Assembly (NCBI GenBank): GCA_963736735.1
Contig: CAVTPX010000007.1
Location: 260,958 to 324,957 of the forward strand
DNA length: 64,000 nucleotides
Reading direction: 5' to 3'
Origin: an uncultured Bacteroidales bacterium
Lineage (GTDB): Bacteria > Bacteroidota > Bacteroidia > Bacteroidales > VadinHA17
In this document: positions 1 through 11,509 of the stretch, piece by piece
How positions within the stretch are numbered: position 1 is the first letter of the stretch
How the letters are laid out: each line of letters starts with the position of its first letter
Translations under genes and position numbers: made by a program
Notes under the pieces: model-generated
Told to the model about the DNA's origin: nothing
Seen by the model: only the letters and a program-made list of their open reading frames with translations
Databases searched by the model: none

Positions 1-58
1 GCCTTTAGAGACCATCGGTTTTAAAGCACAACCCCTCCGGAATTTCAGGATATTTTCG

Positions 59-94
59 AAGTAAAGAAAGGGTCACTGATTTCTCGGTGGCCCT
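59..94 (-). terminator. putative intrinsic terminator downstream of the beta-barrel gene
   Basis: 8-bp stem (69-76 pairs with 87-94, one G-U) with a 10-nt loop. On the minus strand it is followed by a T-rich tract (59-68). It lies just 3' of the gene ending at 115. Confidence 0.35.
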
Positions 95-114
95 CTTCTT
101 TATAAATAATAATC

Positions 115-702
115 CTAATTGAGGACTATCCTGCTGTTATGGCCGAAGATATAGAACAGGCCGAACTGAAATCCCCTGTTGCTTGAACTTACTGTGCCGC
201 CATCGTGAATATTGGTCAAACCGATATTATACCTGGCATCGACCCCGAAGCCTGTCGAAGGCACTACATAGCTTACACCAAGACCGAATGCAAAGTCAAT
301 CGGATTAATGTCATCGAGGTTTGTGCTGGCAAGGATGCCCAGCTGCGGACCGGCCTGCAGTCTGAATCCGTTGTCATACATATACTGGAACATGACTGGA
401 ATATTAATATAGTCGAGCCGGTATGAGGAACTTCCTAATTTCGCCCCCTGAGTTGAATATACAATTTCAGGTTGAAATGCAAACTGGCTGTTGAAGTGAA
501 TATGGCCAAAGATTCCGATGTGGTATCCGAGTTGTGAATCATACTTGACACCATTGTCATTGTGAATGTTGTAAGCATTTACTCCCCCTTTTACACCGAG
601 GTTGATATCTCCTCTTGGCGAAGCGCTGTGTTGTGCTGATGCAACACCGGTAATCAGGATGGCTGTCATTAATCCGGCTAAAAATTTCATTGATTTTTTC
701 AT
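115..702 (-). CDS. outer-membrane beta-barrel protein (porin/OmpA-like beta-barrel family)
   Basis: From ORF 115..750, with the start trimmed to the ATG at 702. That start gives MKKSMKFLAGLMTAILITGVASAQ, a typical signal peptide. The rest shows an alternating Gly/aromatic beta-strand pattern ending in FQFGLFYIF. Confidence 0.7.
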   Translation of the reverse strand: MKKSMKFLAGLMTAILITGVASAQHSASPRGDINLGVKGGVNAYNIHNDNGVKYDSQLGYHIGIFGHIHFNSQFAFQPEIVYSTQGAKLGSSSYRLDYINIPVMFQYMYDNGFRLQAGPQLGILASTNLDDINPIDFAFGLGVSYVVPSTGFGVDARYNIGLTNIHDGGTVSSSNRGFQFGLFYIFGHNSRIVLN

Positions 703-932
703 TTTGTTAGTTTTAAGTAGTGCTTTTCCTTTGCATTTAGGATATTTCATCTGGTTGCAAAGGTGATGGTTATATCTCCGGGAAATGTTACACAGTTGAA
801 TCTCATTATTGCAAAATTCACATGTTCGGTGATGCCGGGGGATTTTTAGTTTATCTGTTTTATCCTGTTATTTCCCGTAATTAAATTCTATTTTTGGTAA
901 AAGCATTTCAGACTCTGAATCAGAAACCTCCT

Positions 933-2040
933 ATGATTGTACTGGACAGCGGAATCGGTAACTACATCCACAGCAACGGTAAAAAATACTCTTATTTCGC
1001 AGGCAACAACTATCTTGGCCTCGCCAGCCATCCGGCCGTTAAAGAAGCTGCAATTCAGGCAGTTGAAAAGTACGGAATTAATTTTTCAGCATCCCGCCAT
1101 ACAACCGGGACTGCAGACATACACCTTGAGCTTGAAAAAAGCCTTGGCATTTTTAAGGGAAAAGCAGGATGCTGTTGTTTTTGCTTCCGGATTCCAGGGA
1201 AACACCATTTTACTCGATATTTTAAAAGATCGCTATTCTGCAGTTTTCTGTGACAGGAATGTCCATGCAAGCATCCTTGCCGGTATTCCGGGTGGGGTTG
1301 AAAGTGTCATTTTCTATGATCATTGCGATGCGACGAGTCTTGAAAATCTCTTAAAACTGTCTGAGTCCGGCCCTCCGCTTGTAATAACTGACGGGGTATT
1401 CGCACTTACCGGGGAGATAGCTCCGCTTGACAGAATCTACCCGGTTGTAAAGAAATACAATGGAATACTTGTTGTCGACGATGCCCATTCGACAGGGATA
1501 CTTGGAAAAACCGGAAAAGGAACTCCTGAACATTTTAATCTTCCCGAAGATGAAAATGTTTTCCAGACCGAGACAATGAGCAAAGCGCTGGGAGGTTACG
1601 GCGGGTTTATTTCCGGAAACACGAAGCTTACAAACCTTATAAGGGAAAAGTCGGCCACATACCAGGCATCGACGGCATTACCACCGCCGATAGCAGCAGC
1701 CGGGATAGCTTCGCTGAAGGTAATACAGGAAAATCCAGGCTTACGCCTTCATGCACTTGAAAACGCCGCAATCATCAGGGATGCAATCATCGGAATGGGC
1801 TTCCGTACAGCAGGTAACGGCACGCCGATAATACCCGTCATATTTGATTCATCAGCAAAGGCGTCAGGTCTCTCCTGGTTTCTTGAAGAGCAGGGAATCA
1901 TTGCACCTTTCATGAATTATCCGGTTAAGGTTGAGATGCACCAGATCAGGATAACTGTTTCGGCCATTCATACAAACGGACAGATAGAATTTTTATCGGA
2001 TATGTTACACCAATGGAAGAAAAAATATGGAAACGATTAA
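933..2040 (+). pseudogene. alpha-oxoamine synthase family PLP enzyme (8-amino-7-oxononanoate synthase/BioF-like), interrupted by a +1 frameshift
   Basis: The N-terminus is in the frame of ORF 894..1253 (MIVLDSGIGNYIHSNGKKYSYFAGNNYLGLASHP...ELEKSLGIFKGK). The rest is in ORF 937..2040 (QDAVVFASGFQGN..., DDAHSTGILG, PLP-lysine motif TMSKALGGYGGF). Deleting one A from the A-run at 1160-1163 joins them as GIFKGKQDAVVF. Confidence 0.75.
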
Positions 2041-3100
2041 GATTAAAAAGGTCTTTGTAGAACCCGTAAATGTTCCGCTTGATGAACCCTTCAGAATTGC
2101 TACGGGAACAAAGTACAGCATTGAAAATGCCCTTATCACAGTTGTGCTTGAAAACGGAATTGAGGGATACGGTGAGGCAGCCCCGCTGGAGCCGGTAAAC
2201 GGTGAGAACCAGGGAACGGCAATTGCCACCCTGAACAGTTGTATCGACTTCATAAAAGGCAAAGACATCACCGAGTACAGGGCGGTATCCAGGACTCTGA
2301 AAAGCGTTTTCTGGGCCCAGATTACGGCACGCTGTGCAGTGGAGATGGCGATGCTTGACGCTTATACAAAAACATTGAATATCCCGATGTATCAGTTCTT
2401 CGGAGGCGTTGGCAACAAGGCAGAGACTGATTATACAGTTGACATTGTCCCACCGGATATTGCCAGGGTCAATGCCGCAAAACTTGCAAAAGCCGGATAC
2501 AGGGTAATTAAGACAAAGGTAGGCAAGAAGCTTACGGATGATATTGACAGACTGCTGGCTATTAAGGACGGGGCTCCGGGCTGTGGCATTACGCTCGATG
2601 CTAACCAGGGCTATTCACCCACCGAGGCCGTACATTTTCTGGAGGAACTGGAGAAAAACAATATCCGGCCCATCCTTTTTGAACAACCGGTGATAAAATC
2701 AGATCTCGCCGGGATGAGATTTGTCAAAGACCATACATCCATACCGATTGCCGCTGATGAGTCAGTATTCACAAGTGCTGATGCAATAAATGTTGTACGC
2801 ACCCAATGTGCAGATATAATAAACATAAAGCTCATGAAGTCAGGCATCATAGAAGCGCTTGACATAATCGCCATTGCGCGCAGCGCCAATATTAAACTTA
2901 TGATTGGATGTATGCTTGAGTCGAAACTGGCACTCGGCTGCTCGGTTCACATGGCAGCAGGAACAGGAGCCTTTGATTATATTGACCTTGATCCGCATAT
3001 TGATCCGGAGAGGGAGCCATTCACCGGCGGACCCGATTACAGTGCACCCTGGTATACCCTTTCGGCTGATCTGGCAGGAATCGGATGTAAAAAAAGATGA
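2027..3100 (+). CDS. dipeptide epimerase (L-Ala-D/L-Glu epimerase family, enolase superfamily)
   Basis: 357-aa ORF carrying enolase-superfamily catalytic motifs: IKTKVG (KxK), DANQGY, FEQP, AADES and NIKLMKSG. It overlaps the upstream gene by 14 nt. Confidence 0.8.
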   Translation: METIKIKKVFVEPVNVPLDEPFRIATGTKYSIENALITVVLENGIEGYGEAAPLEPVNGENQGTAIATLNSCIDFIKGKDITEYRAVSRTLKSVFWAQITARCAVEMAMLDAYTKTLNIPMYQFFGGVGNKAETDYTVDIVPPDIARVNAAKLAKAGYRVIKTKVGKKLTDDIDRLLAIKDGAPGCGITLDANQGYSPTEAVHFLEELEKNNIRPILFEQPVIKSDLAGMRFVKDHTSIPIAADESVFTSADAINVVRTQCADIINIKLMKSGIIEALDIIAIARSANIKLMIGCMLESKLALGCSVHMAAGTGAFDYIDLDPHIDPEREPFTGGPDYSAPWYTLSADLAGIGCKKR

Positions 3101-3157
3101 AGCGGGTCTTCCGGGTCACAGGCAGATAATAACTGCTAGGGAATATCTTTGTAAAAG

Positions 3158-3196
3158 AAAGAGAGGCTCTCCTGTAACAGGGCCTCTCTTTTTATT
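3158..3196. terminator. bidirectional intrinsic terminator
   Basis: Perfect 10-bp stem (aaagagaggc at 3158-3167 pairs with gcctctcttt at 3182-3191). It has A-rich 5' and T-rich 3' flanks and sits between convergent genes. Confidence 0.7.
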
Positions 3197-3229
3197 GCTC
3201 CATCCGCGGAAAATGTCCGGGATTAATCT

Positions 3230-3454
3230 TCAGAAATTGTTGTACTCGTGGTGGGTGATCTCGTTTGCCTCACTCACAGTGTCCCAGATGAGATAACTCA
3301 TGTTGTCCACAGCATATTCCTTTCCTCCCCTTACCTTGGCAAAATAGGTATTCGTATTGCCGGGCATCGATTTTACTGCTATATCCTCTAAGGTATTAAG
3401 CAAATATATCGTCTCATGCGGCATACGCCTCTTCACTGACTTATAGTTCTTCAT
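3230..3454 (-). CDS. hypothetical small protein (74 aa)
   Basis: Intact ATG-initiated ORF sitting between a terminator and tRNA-Val. I recognise no family. Confidence 0.4.
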   Translation of the reverse strand: MKNYKSVKRRMPHETIYLLNTLEDIAVKSMPGNTNTYFAKVRGGKEYAVDNMSYLIWDTVSEANEITHHEYNNF

Positions 3455-3549
3455 TTTAGTAATATACGAAATAAAAAGCGTTTTGTCAAATAAATATATT
3501 CCCCGATGGGAAATAAAAAAAGAGTCTGCTCAGCAAACTCCTTTTTTTG

Positions 3550-3624
3550 TGGGCGATGACGGCCTCGAACCGCCGACCCTCTGCTTGTAAGGCAGATGCT
3601 CTGAACCAACTGAGCTAATCGCCC
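3550..3624 (-). tRNA. tRNA-Val (anticodon UAC)
   Basis: The reverse complement gggcgattagctcagttggttcagagcatctgccttacaagcagagggtcggcggttcgaggccgtcatcgccca folds as a 75-nt cloverleaf. The acceptor is gggcgat/atcgccc, the anticodon loop is cttacaa, and the T-loop is ttcgagg. CCA is not encoded. Confidence 0.9.
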
Positions 3625-3635
3625 GAAATCGCCTG

Positions 3636-3643
3636 CAAATATA
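3636..3643 (-). promoter_or_regulatory. Bacteroidota -7 promoter element (TAnnTTTG) for tRNA-Val
   Basis: The minus strand reads gagTATATTTGcagg, about 12 nt upstream of the tRNA 5' end. The same tatatttgca word precedes tRNA-Met and the SAM riboswitch. Confidence 0.45.
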
Positions 3644-3931
3644 CTCCAATTTTTTATTCTGCAACACAGAAAAAATATTTTTTCCTCCATCATGACCTGA
3701 CTTCGCAAATGCTGCATTACGCAACCATTTTTAGCTTCACTCAGTCATGTTATTAACTTGGTTGATTATACATATCAGAGGGCAATAAGAGTATCCGGAA
3801 TTTATTTATATTAGCTTCTGATACTTTTGGTTTTGAATATGTTACAGATTGAAAGTTAGGACTGCCAATTTGTTAACATAATTGTCTGATATATAGGTTA
3901 ATGAGTTTCTTAAATCGAGAACTGGATTAAT

Positions 3932-6900
3932 ATGAAACGAACTGGCATTCTGCTTATAACATTCCTGATTATCATGACATTTGCCTCATTGCCTGCCCTG
4001 TCGCAGTCAGGTCCGGGCGGTGTCGGTGATATGACAAACACCCAACTCTGGCTCCGGGCTGACAGGGGAGTCTTTACAATAATGCCCTTCAGTGCAGTGG
4101 TACAGTGGGATGATCAGTCAGGCAACTCACGTAATTTCAAACCGGTAATAATAGACCAGAACGTTCCGGAACGTACACTTGGTGCTCTAAACGGACTACC
4201 GACCCTGACATTTGATGATATGGGCGGTGTCAATGGTGCTTTTCTCGGCCACAGGGGAGGACTGGGATTCTCAGGATCTGATGCCACAACGGTTATAATT
4301 GTAGCGAAGAATACATCCGCATCTGATGAACAGAACGGCGGCCTGTACACAGGCCAGGAAAATGTGGGAGCTGCAGGCCAGGTAAGAAACTACAGCCTCG
4401 AATATTCAGATGCTGTAAGATTCAACGGCCAGAGCCAGGTCTTCAACGACGGCCATACCTCCGGCAACTGGAAAATGGTGGTTTATTCAAATGCAGCCGG
4501 ATCAAGTGTTTCCGGTTACAACGCATGGCTTGACGGTACTTCACTCACCGGAAACTCAGCTTCAGCAACAGTGCCATTACTGACGTCCAATTTTTCGCTG
4601 CTTGGTGCTACTCAGTTCGGCGGCACCCTCAATCCCACCGGGTTCTTCGATGGTGAAATTGCTGAGGTGGTTGTATATTCGAGCCAGCTGAATGACGCAT
4701 CACGACTTGTAATTGAAAACAGCCTTGCGGCAAAATACAATCTCACAATTGTAAATGATCATTATGCACACCAGGCGACTCATTCACACGATGTTTCAGG
4801 CATAGCAGCCTATAACGGTACTACCTTTACAAACGGTCATTCATCTGAACAGCTCTATATAAACTCTCCTTCCGGCCTTACAGAAAATGAATTCCTCTTC
4901 TACGGGCATGACAACCAGAACTCAACAACATGGACGATGACAGAAGTGCCTGCTCCGGGTACCTACCGTATAGCCAGGGAGTGGAGAACAGACGAGACTT
5001 CCGATGTGGGGACAGTGACAGTAAGTATCCCTGCCGCTTCCCTCCCTGCTCTTCCTGCAGGATATGACAATATTGCTATCCTTACTGATGCAGACGGCGA
5101 TTTTACATCGGGAACCGTCATGCACAGGGCTACCCTTGCTGCCGGTATTTATAACCTCAGCCTCGATCTCACCTCAGGTCAATTTATAACAATCATTGCT
5201 TTCAGACCGGAGATCAACTATACTGTCATTTCAGGTTCCGGACTCGAAGGGGTTACCCCTGTAACAGTCCAGGCTACCCTGAACTACATACATACCGCCA
5301 ACATGACCGTTGACCATACAGTCACAGGCGGAACAGCCACCCCGGGTGCCGACTTCACCCTCCCCCCGGTAGTTCTCTCCATTCCGGCAGGTTCTCTGAC
5401 CGGCTCTTTTACCCTTAACATTGTCAGTGATGCAATTCTTGAACCGGATGAGACTGTAATTATAAGCCTCCTTAACCCTACGGCAGGCGTTACGGTGGGT
5501 TCTCAGAATCCGTATACATATACAATCATCAATGACGATTTTATTTATGCATCATTTTCTGCAGCCACCGCTTCCGAAGCGGAGGGGAATGCTGCACATG
5601 GCATTCTCACACCACAGCTTGTAATCAGCGGGGGCATTATGACTGTTCCGGGAAGCCTGGTACTCACCGTCACCAACGGGACGGCAACAGCCGCCGACTG
5701 GTCGCAGACAGTCAGCCTCATTTCCATTCCTGCCGGAGATTATACAGTCCCTGTGTCAATTCCTGTCCCGCCTGCAGCCCTCAGCATACTTGGTGACCTC
5801 ACAGTCGAGAACAATGAAACAATAAACCTTTCGATCAATACATTCAGTGTTGTCAGGGCAGGCGCAATTGTAAGCAGTGTATACACAATCGTAAACGATG
5901 ACAATGCAACGATAGGTGTGACAACCGCAACACCTGTAATTCCAGAAGGCGGTCCCGGAGCAACGGGTTCAGGTACATTCACATTTACGCTCACAAATCC
6001 GGCAGATGCGGCACGCACCGTTTCTTACAGCGTTACCGGTACAGCCATTTCAGGCACTGATTTTACAGCACTTGCAGGTTCCTTTGTAATGCCGGCCAAT
6101 ACCGTGACATTCAGCTTAGCTCTTACAACAGTAGCCGATATCATTGTTGAAGGGGACGAGACTGTGAGAGTGACAGTAACAGGTATTACAGGCACACCTG
6201 CCATTGCAGTTGATGCAACACCGGCGACTATCACAATTGATGACGATGATCTTCCGTCTGTTTTGTATACCCCAGCTTCGATTTCTATGACTGAGGGAGG
6301 TACAGCAACAATTGAAGTGTGGCTGGCAAATCCGCCCGCAGGAACAGTAGTACTCAACCTCTCCACAATAAAGATTGGTGAACTTACACTGGGTCCTGTT
6401 ATTCTGACATTCACAGGAGCCAACTATGCCACCCACCAGGTTGTCACCGTTCAGTCGGTTGAGGACAATGTGATGGGTGACAACACCGACAATATTATCA
6501 TAACGGTTAATGATGCACTTTCCGATGATCCGTTCGATCCCCTGCCTGACATAAATATTCCGGTCACAATAATCAACAATGATATTGCAGCACTGGTTGT
6601 GACTCCGGGGTCTGTAACCGTTGCAGAGAACGGTACCGTGACATTTACGGTTACCCTTTCCGCCGGTCCGGTTGCGGGAGATGTTGTTGTCAACCTTGTG
6701 AGCAATGACCTCACAGTCGCAACAATTGACAGGGCACTCCTGACATTTACAACCTTAAACTGGAATGTTCCCCAGACAGTCACTGTTTCAGGGGTTAACA
6801 ACAATACAATCCCGAATACAGCAACAACGATAAGCCTGACTGTCAACAATGCACTTTCCGATAACAGTTATGACGGTCTTACGGCAACAGTAAACGTTAA

Positions 6901-9900
6901 TGTCACAAATGACGACATTGCCGGGTTCATTGTCGCTCCGCTGAACCTTACAATCAATGAGGGAGGACCCGCCGGACAGTTTACTGTGGTCCTTACTGCG
7001 CAGCCTCTGACGAATGTGGTCTTTGATCTTGTCAATGCTGCACCCGTCCATGTCACCCATCCGGCACAGATTACTTTCACCCCGGCCAACTGGAATGTTC
7101 CGGTGGTAGTCAGTGTTCTGGCAATTGAAGATGCACTTGATGCCGACCGTACTGACCTCATTGCAGTCACAGTCAATCAGGGGCTTACTGACAATAATTT
7201 CGATGCGATGCCGGCACAGAATGTCAACATCAACATCGAAGACAATGATCCGCCTGTGATTACCGGTTGCCCTGCAAACATAAATGCAAACGCCGCCCCC
7301 GGTTCCTGCAGTGCTACGGTCAGCTGGACAGCACCGGTTTCGTCATCACCAATGGTTTCCTCTCATATGCCCGGCAGCATCTTCCCGGTAGGAGTAACAA
7401 CAGTTACATATACCTCTACCGACAGTGACGGCATGGTTTCAACATGCATATTTACAGTTACGGTTACAGATACACAGCCACCGCTGATTACCTGCCCGCC
7501 TGCCCGTACAGGCGTACCCGCAGATCCGGGACAGTGTTATGCAACAGGGGTTGTGCTTGGCGTACCGGTGACATCAGATAACTGCGGCATTGCATCGGTA
7601 ACAAGCAATGCTCCGGTACAGATGCCTATCGGTACAACAACAGTCACCTGGACAGTGACAGACGTCAATGGTCTTACGGCAACATGCACTCAGACTGTGC
7701 AGGTAGTCGATACTCAGCCTCCGACAATAACCTGTCCGCTTAAGTCTGACTGTACCCTCAGACATCGGAGTCTGCGGAGCTGCAGTAGTCTGGTCAGCCA
7801 CCGGTATTTTCTGACAACTGTGCAGGCCTGACAGTCGTTTCCAGTCATAATCCCGGCGACTTCCTTCCCCGTGGTGTGACTGCAGTTACATATACTGTAA
7901 CAGATGCTGCCGGCAATGTTGCCAGCTGCTCCTTTAACGTTACAGTCACAGATCCTGAGCCTCCGTCGCTTGTAACCAAAGATATTACAGTCAGTCTGAA
8001 TGCATCCGGCACTGTCACAATTGCAGCTGCGGATGTTATCCTGACCATGACTGACAATTGCCCGGGTGTAACTGCCACAGTCAGCAAAACTGTCTTCAAC
8101 TGTACAAACCTCGGGTTCAACGTGGTCACGGTGACTGCCACTGATGCCTCGGGAAATTCTGTAAACTCAAATGCAGGGGTAATTGTCGTGGATATGCTGC
8201 CACCCACACTCATCTGCAAGCCTGCCACTGTCTTTCTTGATGCGGCCGGTAACGGATCTGTTGTGCCAGCTGATCTGCTTGCCGTTCCGGTTACTGATAA
8301 CTGCAGCATTGCCTCTGTAATTCTCAGCAGGTCATCATTTACCTGCGCAGATCTTGGAGACGTGACAGTTACTGTTACAGTCACAGACGGAAGCGGAAAC
8401 ATATCCACCTGCAACTCCATAGTGACAGTTACTGACGCTTTCAATTCTTCAGTCTCTGCCGGTCCTGATGCAGGGATCTGTGTCACTGACCCGTCATTCA
8501 CCCTTGCCGGTGCTACAGCACTGAACGCAACTGTACTGTGGACCACATCCGGTACAGGTACCTTTGATAATCCCGCACTTGTAAATCCTGTTTATACACC
8601 CGGCGCAGGAGATGCTCCGGCAGTTACTCTTACAGTAACCGGAACCAAACTCAGTGGCTGTCCACAGCCCGCCACTGATGCAATGACTCTCACGATTGCG
8701 GGATTGCCGGCAGCTGATGCAGGAACTGATAAGTCAATCTGTTCAGGCACGGCAAATGTGGCCCTTGCAGATGCAGCCGCGTCAAACGGTACCATCCTCT
8801 GGACCACCTCGGGGAGCGGAACTTTCAGTGACCCGGCCTCTGTTAACCCTGTTTATACATTCGGTGCTTCGGATACAGGTCCCGTCACTCTTACTCTGAC
8901 TGTCTCAAACGGTTACTGTACCGATGACACTGATGATCTGACGGTGACATTCATTCCAAGCCCCACTGCGGATGCAGGTCCTGATGCCGGCCTCTGCAGA
9001 TCGGAATCCGGATACCAGGTTTCCGGAGCTTCACATTCAGGAGGAACAGTTCTCTGGAATACTTCGGGAGACGGAACGTTTAGCGACCCGACAACTGATA
9101 ACCCGTTCTACACTTTTGGCACTTCCGACTACCTTGCGGGATCAGTCACAATTACAATGGAGGTTTTAGGGACAGGTTTGTGCAGCACTGCCGGATCATC
9201 TGCCCTTATAACCATAAACCAGTTGCCTGCAATCACTGTAACAGGACTTTCAAATGTCACCTGTCCGGGGTTGAATGATGCCGAAATTCATCTGAGTGTG
9301 CCTTCGGGCATGCCACCGGTAACGTATCAGCATTGACGGCTCTCCGTTTCAGGCTTCTGGTGATTTCACAGGACTGGCACCGGGAGACTGGTATTTCGAG
9401 GTGATTGACGGCAACGGATGCCTTTCCGATACAACTGTCACGGTTACTGAACCATTGCCATTCACAGCCGTTGTTGACAATGTTACCAATGTCACCTGCA
9501 ACGGAGGGAATAACGGTTCTGTCGACATCACCGCAACAGGAGGCACACAACCCTACAGTATCACCTGGACTGGACCCTCCGGATTCACAGCCACTACTGA
9601 AGACATAACTGGTCTTACTGCGGGAGTATATGACCTGACAATCACGGACTTGTACGCCTGTGCCAGCTTCAGTTTCTCACTGACTGTAACTGAACCACCG
9701 GCTATTACGGTGACAGATGTCATATTGTCCGACCGTAACGGGTTCGGGGTCACCTGTCATTCCGGTAACGACGGATTTATAAATGTTACTGTTGGCGGAG
9801 GTACTGCCCCTCTGGCGACTGACTGGTCAGGTCCGGGAGGTTTTTCGTCGACCAGTGAAGATATTGCAGATCTGATACCGGGAACATACACCCTCACTGT

Positions 9901-10457
9901 CACTGACGGCGCAGGATGTACAATTTACAGATGATTATATCCTTACAGCGCCTGAACCGATGACTGTAACGCTTGTAGCTGAGACCGGCTCATGTCCGGA
10001 TGTTGCTGACGGAAGCATTGATATTACGGTTACCGGCGGAACCGGGACGCTTACATATGAATGGGAGGACGGTGTTACTCTTCCTGACAGACCGGCGATT
10101 TTCCCGGGTGAACATTCAGTAACAGTTACTGATGCGAACGGCTGCTTCGTTGAACAGACTGTCACTGTGGAGATGACCGGGTACAACTGTCTCAGGGTAT
10201 ATGAGATCATAACACCTAATGGTGACGGACGAAATGATACGTGGAAGATGAGGAATGCAGATATTTATCCTGACGCCGAGGTACTTGTCTACAACCGCTG
10301 GGGTAAACTTGTATTCAATACACGCAATGCGGCAGGCGACGAGTGGGATGGTACCTATAAGGGAAAACTGCTGCCAAATGACTCTTACCACTATATTATT
10401 TATCTCAATGACGGTTCAGAACCGCGCACGGGGGTGATCTCAATAATTAGCAAATAA
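3932..10457 (+). pseudogene. giant T9SS-secreted cell-surface adhesin (LamG-like + Calx-beta + HYR/Ig-like + SprB repeats + type B sorting domain), split by four +1 frameshifts
   Basis: Fragments are 3932..7831, 7876..9336, 9401..9934 and 9960..10457, plus a short bridging frame near 7746-7812 (LTVPSDIGVCGAAVVWSATGI). It has a signal peptide (MKRTGILLITFLIIMTFASLPALSQ), a LamG-like motif (FDGEIAEVVVYSSQLND) and Calx-beta motifs (GGTATPGADF...EPDETV). HYR modules run PPVITGCP...TVTDTQPP, and SprB repeats read VTCNGGNNGSVDITATGG. The C-terminus IITPNGDGRNDTW...NRWGKLVF...WDGTYKGKLLPNDSYHYII is the gliding-motility / T9SS type B CTD. Confidence 0.85.
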
Positions 10458-10515
10458 CCATAACCGGAAGGACATATGGGTTCCATCCAACCTTTAAAAT
10501 ATAATTTATATACGG

Positions 10516-11509
10516 ATGAAAGTTCTTAAAATAATTACGGTGATGATGCTGCTGGCAATTATGTCACCTGTCATGGGACAGCAATTCCCGATGTACAGCC
10601 AGTATCTCATGAACGGATTTCTTCTCAATCCGTCTTATGCCGGTAGTGATGGATATACGACAGTCGGACTCACTGTCCGTGAACAGTGGCTGGGCTTCCC
10701 GGAGTCGCCGGGCACCTATGCCGCTGCCTTCCAGACAAGGATACTTCGCGATAGCTACATTACAAGGTCAACCTCCGTCAGGAAGAAGGTAGAAAGACCC
10801 ACAAAGGGCGGCCGTGTCGGGGTAGGTGGATATCTCTTCTCAGACCGTAACGGGATAATGAAGCGTACAGGACTTGCAAATGGCATATTCTTATCACCTT
10901 CCTCTTCCTGAGGAGAGGCAACTTTCATTCGGGCTCTCGCTGAGTGCATACCAGTATTTTGTGGATATAAACGGGGCAGTGATGCCTGATGATGTCAATG
11001 ATGAATTTCTGAATAATTATGATCAGGTGGTTTATATTCCTGATGCTAACTTCGGTATTAGCTATGCCACTCCAAGGTATTATGTGGGATATTCAATGAC
11101 AAATCTCTTCAGGGGATCGCTTATGATTGGCAACGGGGGCGGAAACGGCCACTCGGAACTGGGCCATTACTTCCTTACGGGAGGTATAAAATTCAACATC
11201 CCTGAATCTGAGTTCATGATTGAGCCCTCTGTGATGCTCAAATCATCAGATATGCTGTTCAAGGCATTCCAGATGGATATTACAACACGGGTCTATTACA
11301 AACAGGATTACTGGATGGGCCTGTCGTGGAGAACCAACGATGCAATAATCCTGCTGACAGGGTTCAAGGTTGACAGATTCTACTTTGGCTATGCATTTGA
11401 CTTCACCCTTTCAGAAATCCGAAGCCATACCTTCGGAACACACGAACTGACCGTTCTGGCAAAGTTCGGAGACAGTCCCCGAAGGTACAGGTGGATCAAC
11501 AAATACTGA
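10516..11509 (+). pseudogene. PorP/SprF family type IX secretion system membrane protein, one +1 frameshift
   Basis: Fragments are 10516..10911 and 10874..11509. The N-terminus MKVLKIITVMMLLAIMSPVMGQQFPMYSQYLMNGFLLNPSYAG is the PorP/SprF signature. Removing one base near 10876 gives KRTGLQMAYSYHLPL. The gene lies directly 3' of a type B CTD cargo gene. Confidence 0.85.

Noticed and set aside
3550-3624. The tRNA genes (here and at 35510-35583) as integration sites of a genomic island.
   Set aside because: No integrase, recombinase or transposase ORF lies nearby. I could find no direct repeat of a tRNA 3' end, and the flanking genes are ordinary chromosomal genes.
3451-3724. Two ORFs (88 and 64 aa) overlapping tRNA-Val.
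   Set aside because: They run across the tRNA gene and its promoter. The tRNA cloverleaf is the real feature.
7845-8546. 233-aa ORF on the minus strand inside the adhesin gene, together with similar antisense ORFs at 5740-7176.
   Set aside because: It lies antisense to strongly conserved HYR/Ig repeats. Its low-complexity Thr/Val/Ser composition mirrors the sense-strand codons. It has no recognisable family, so it is a shadow ORF.
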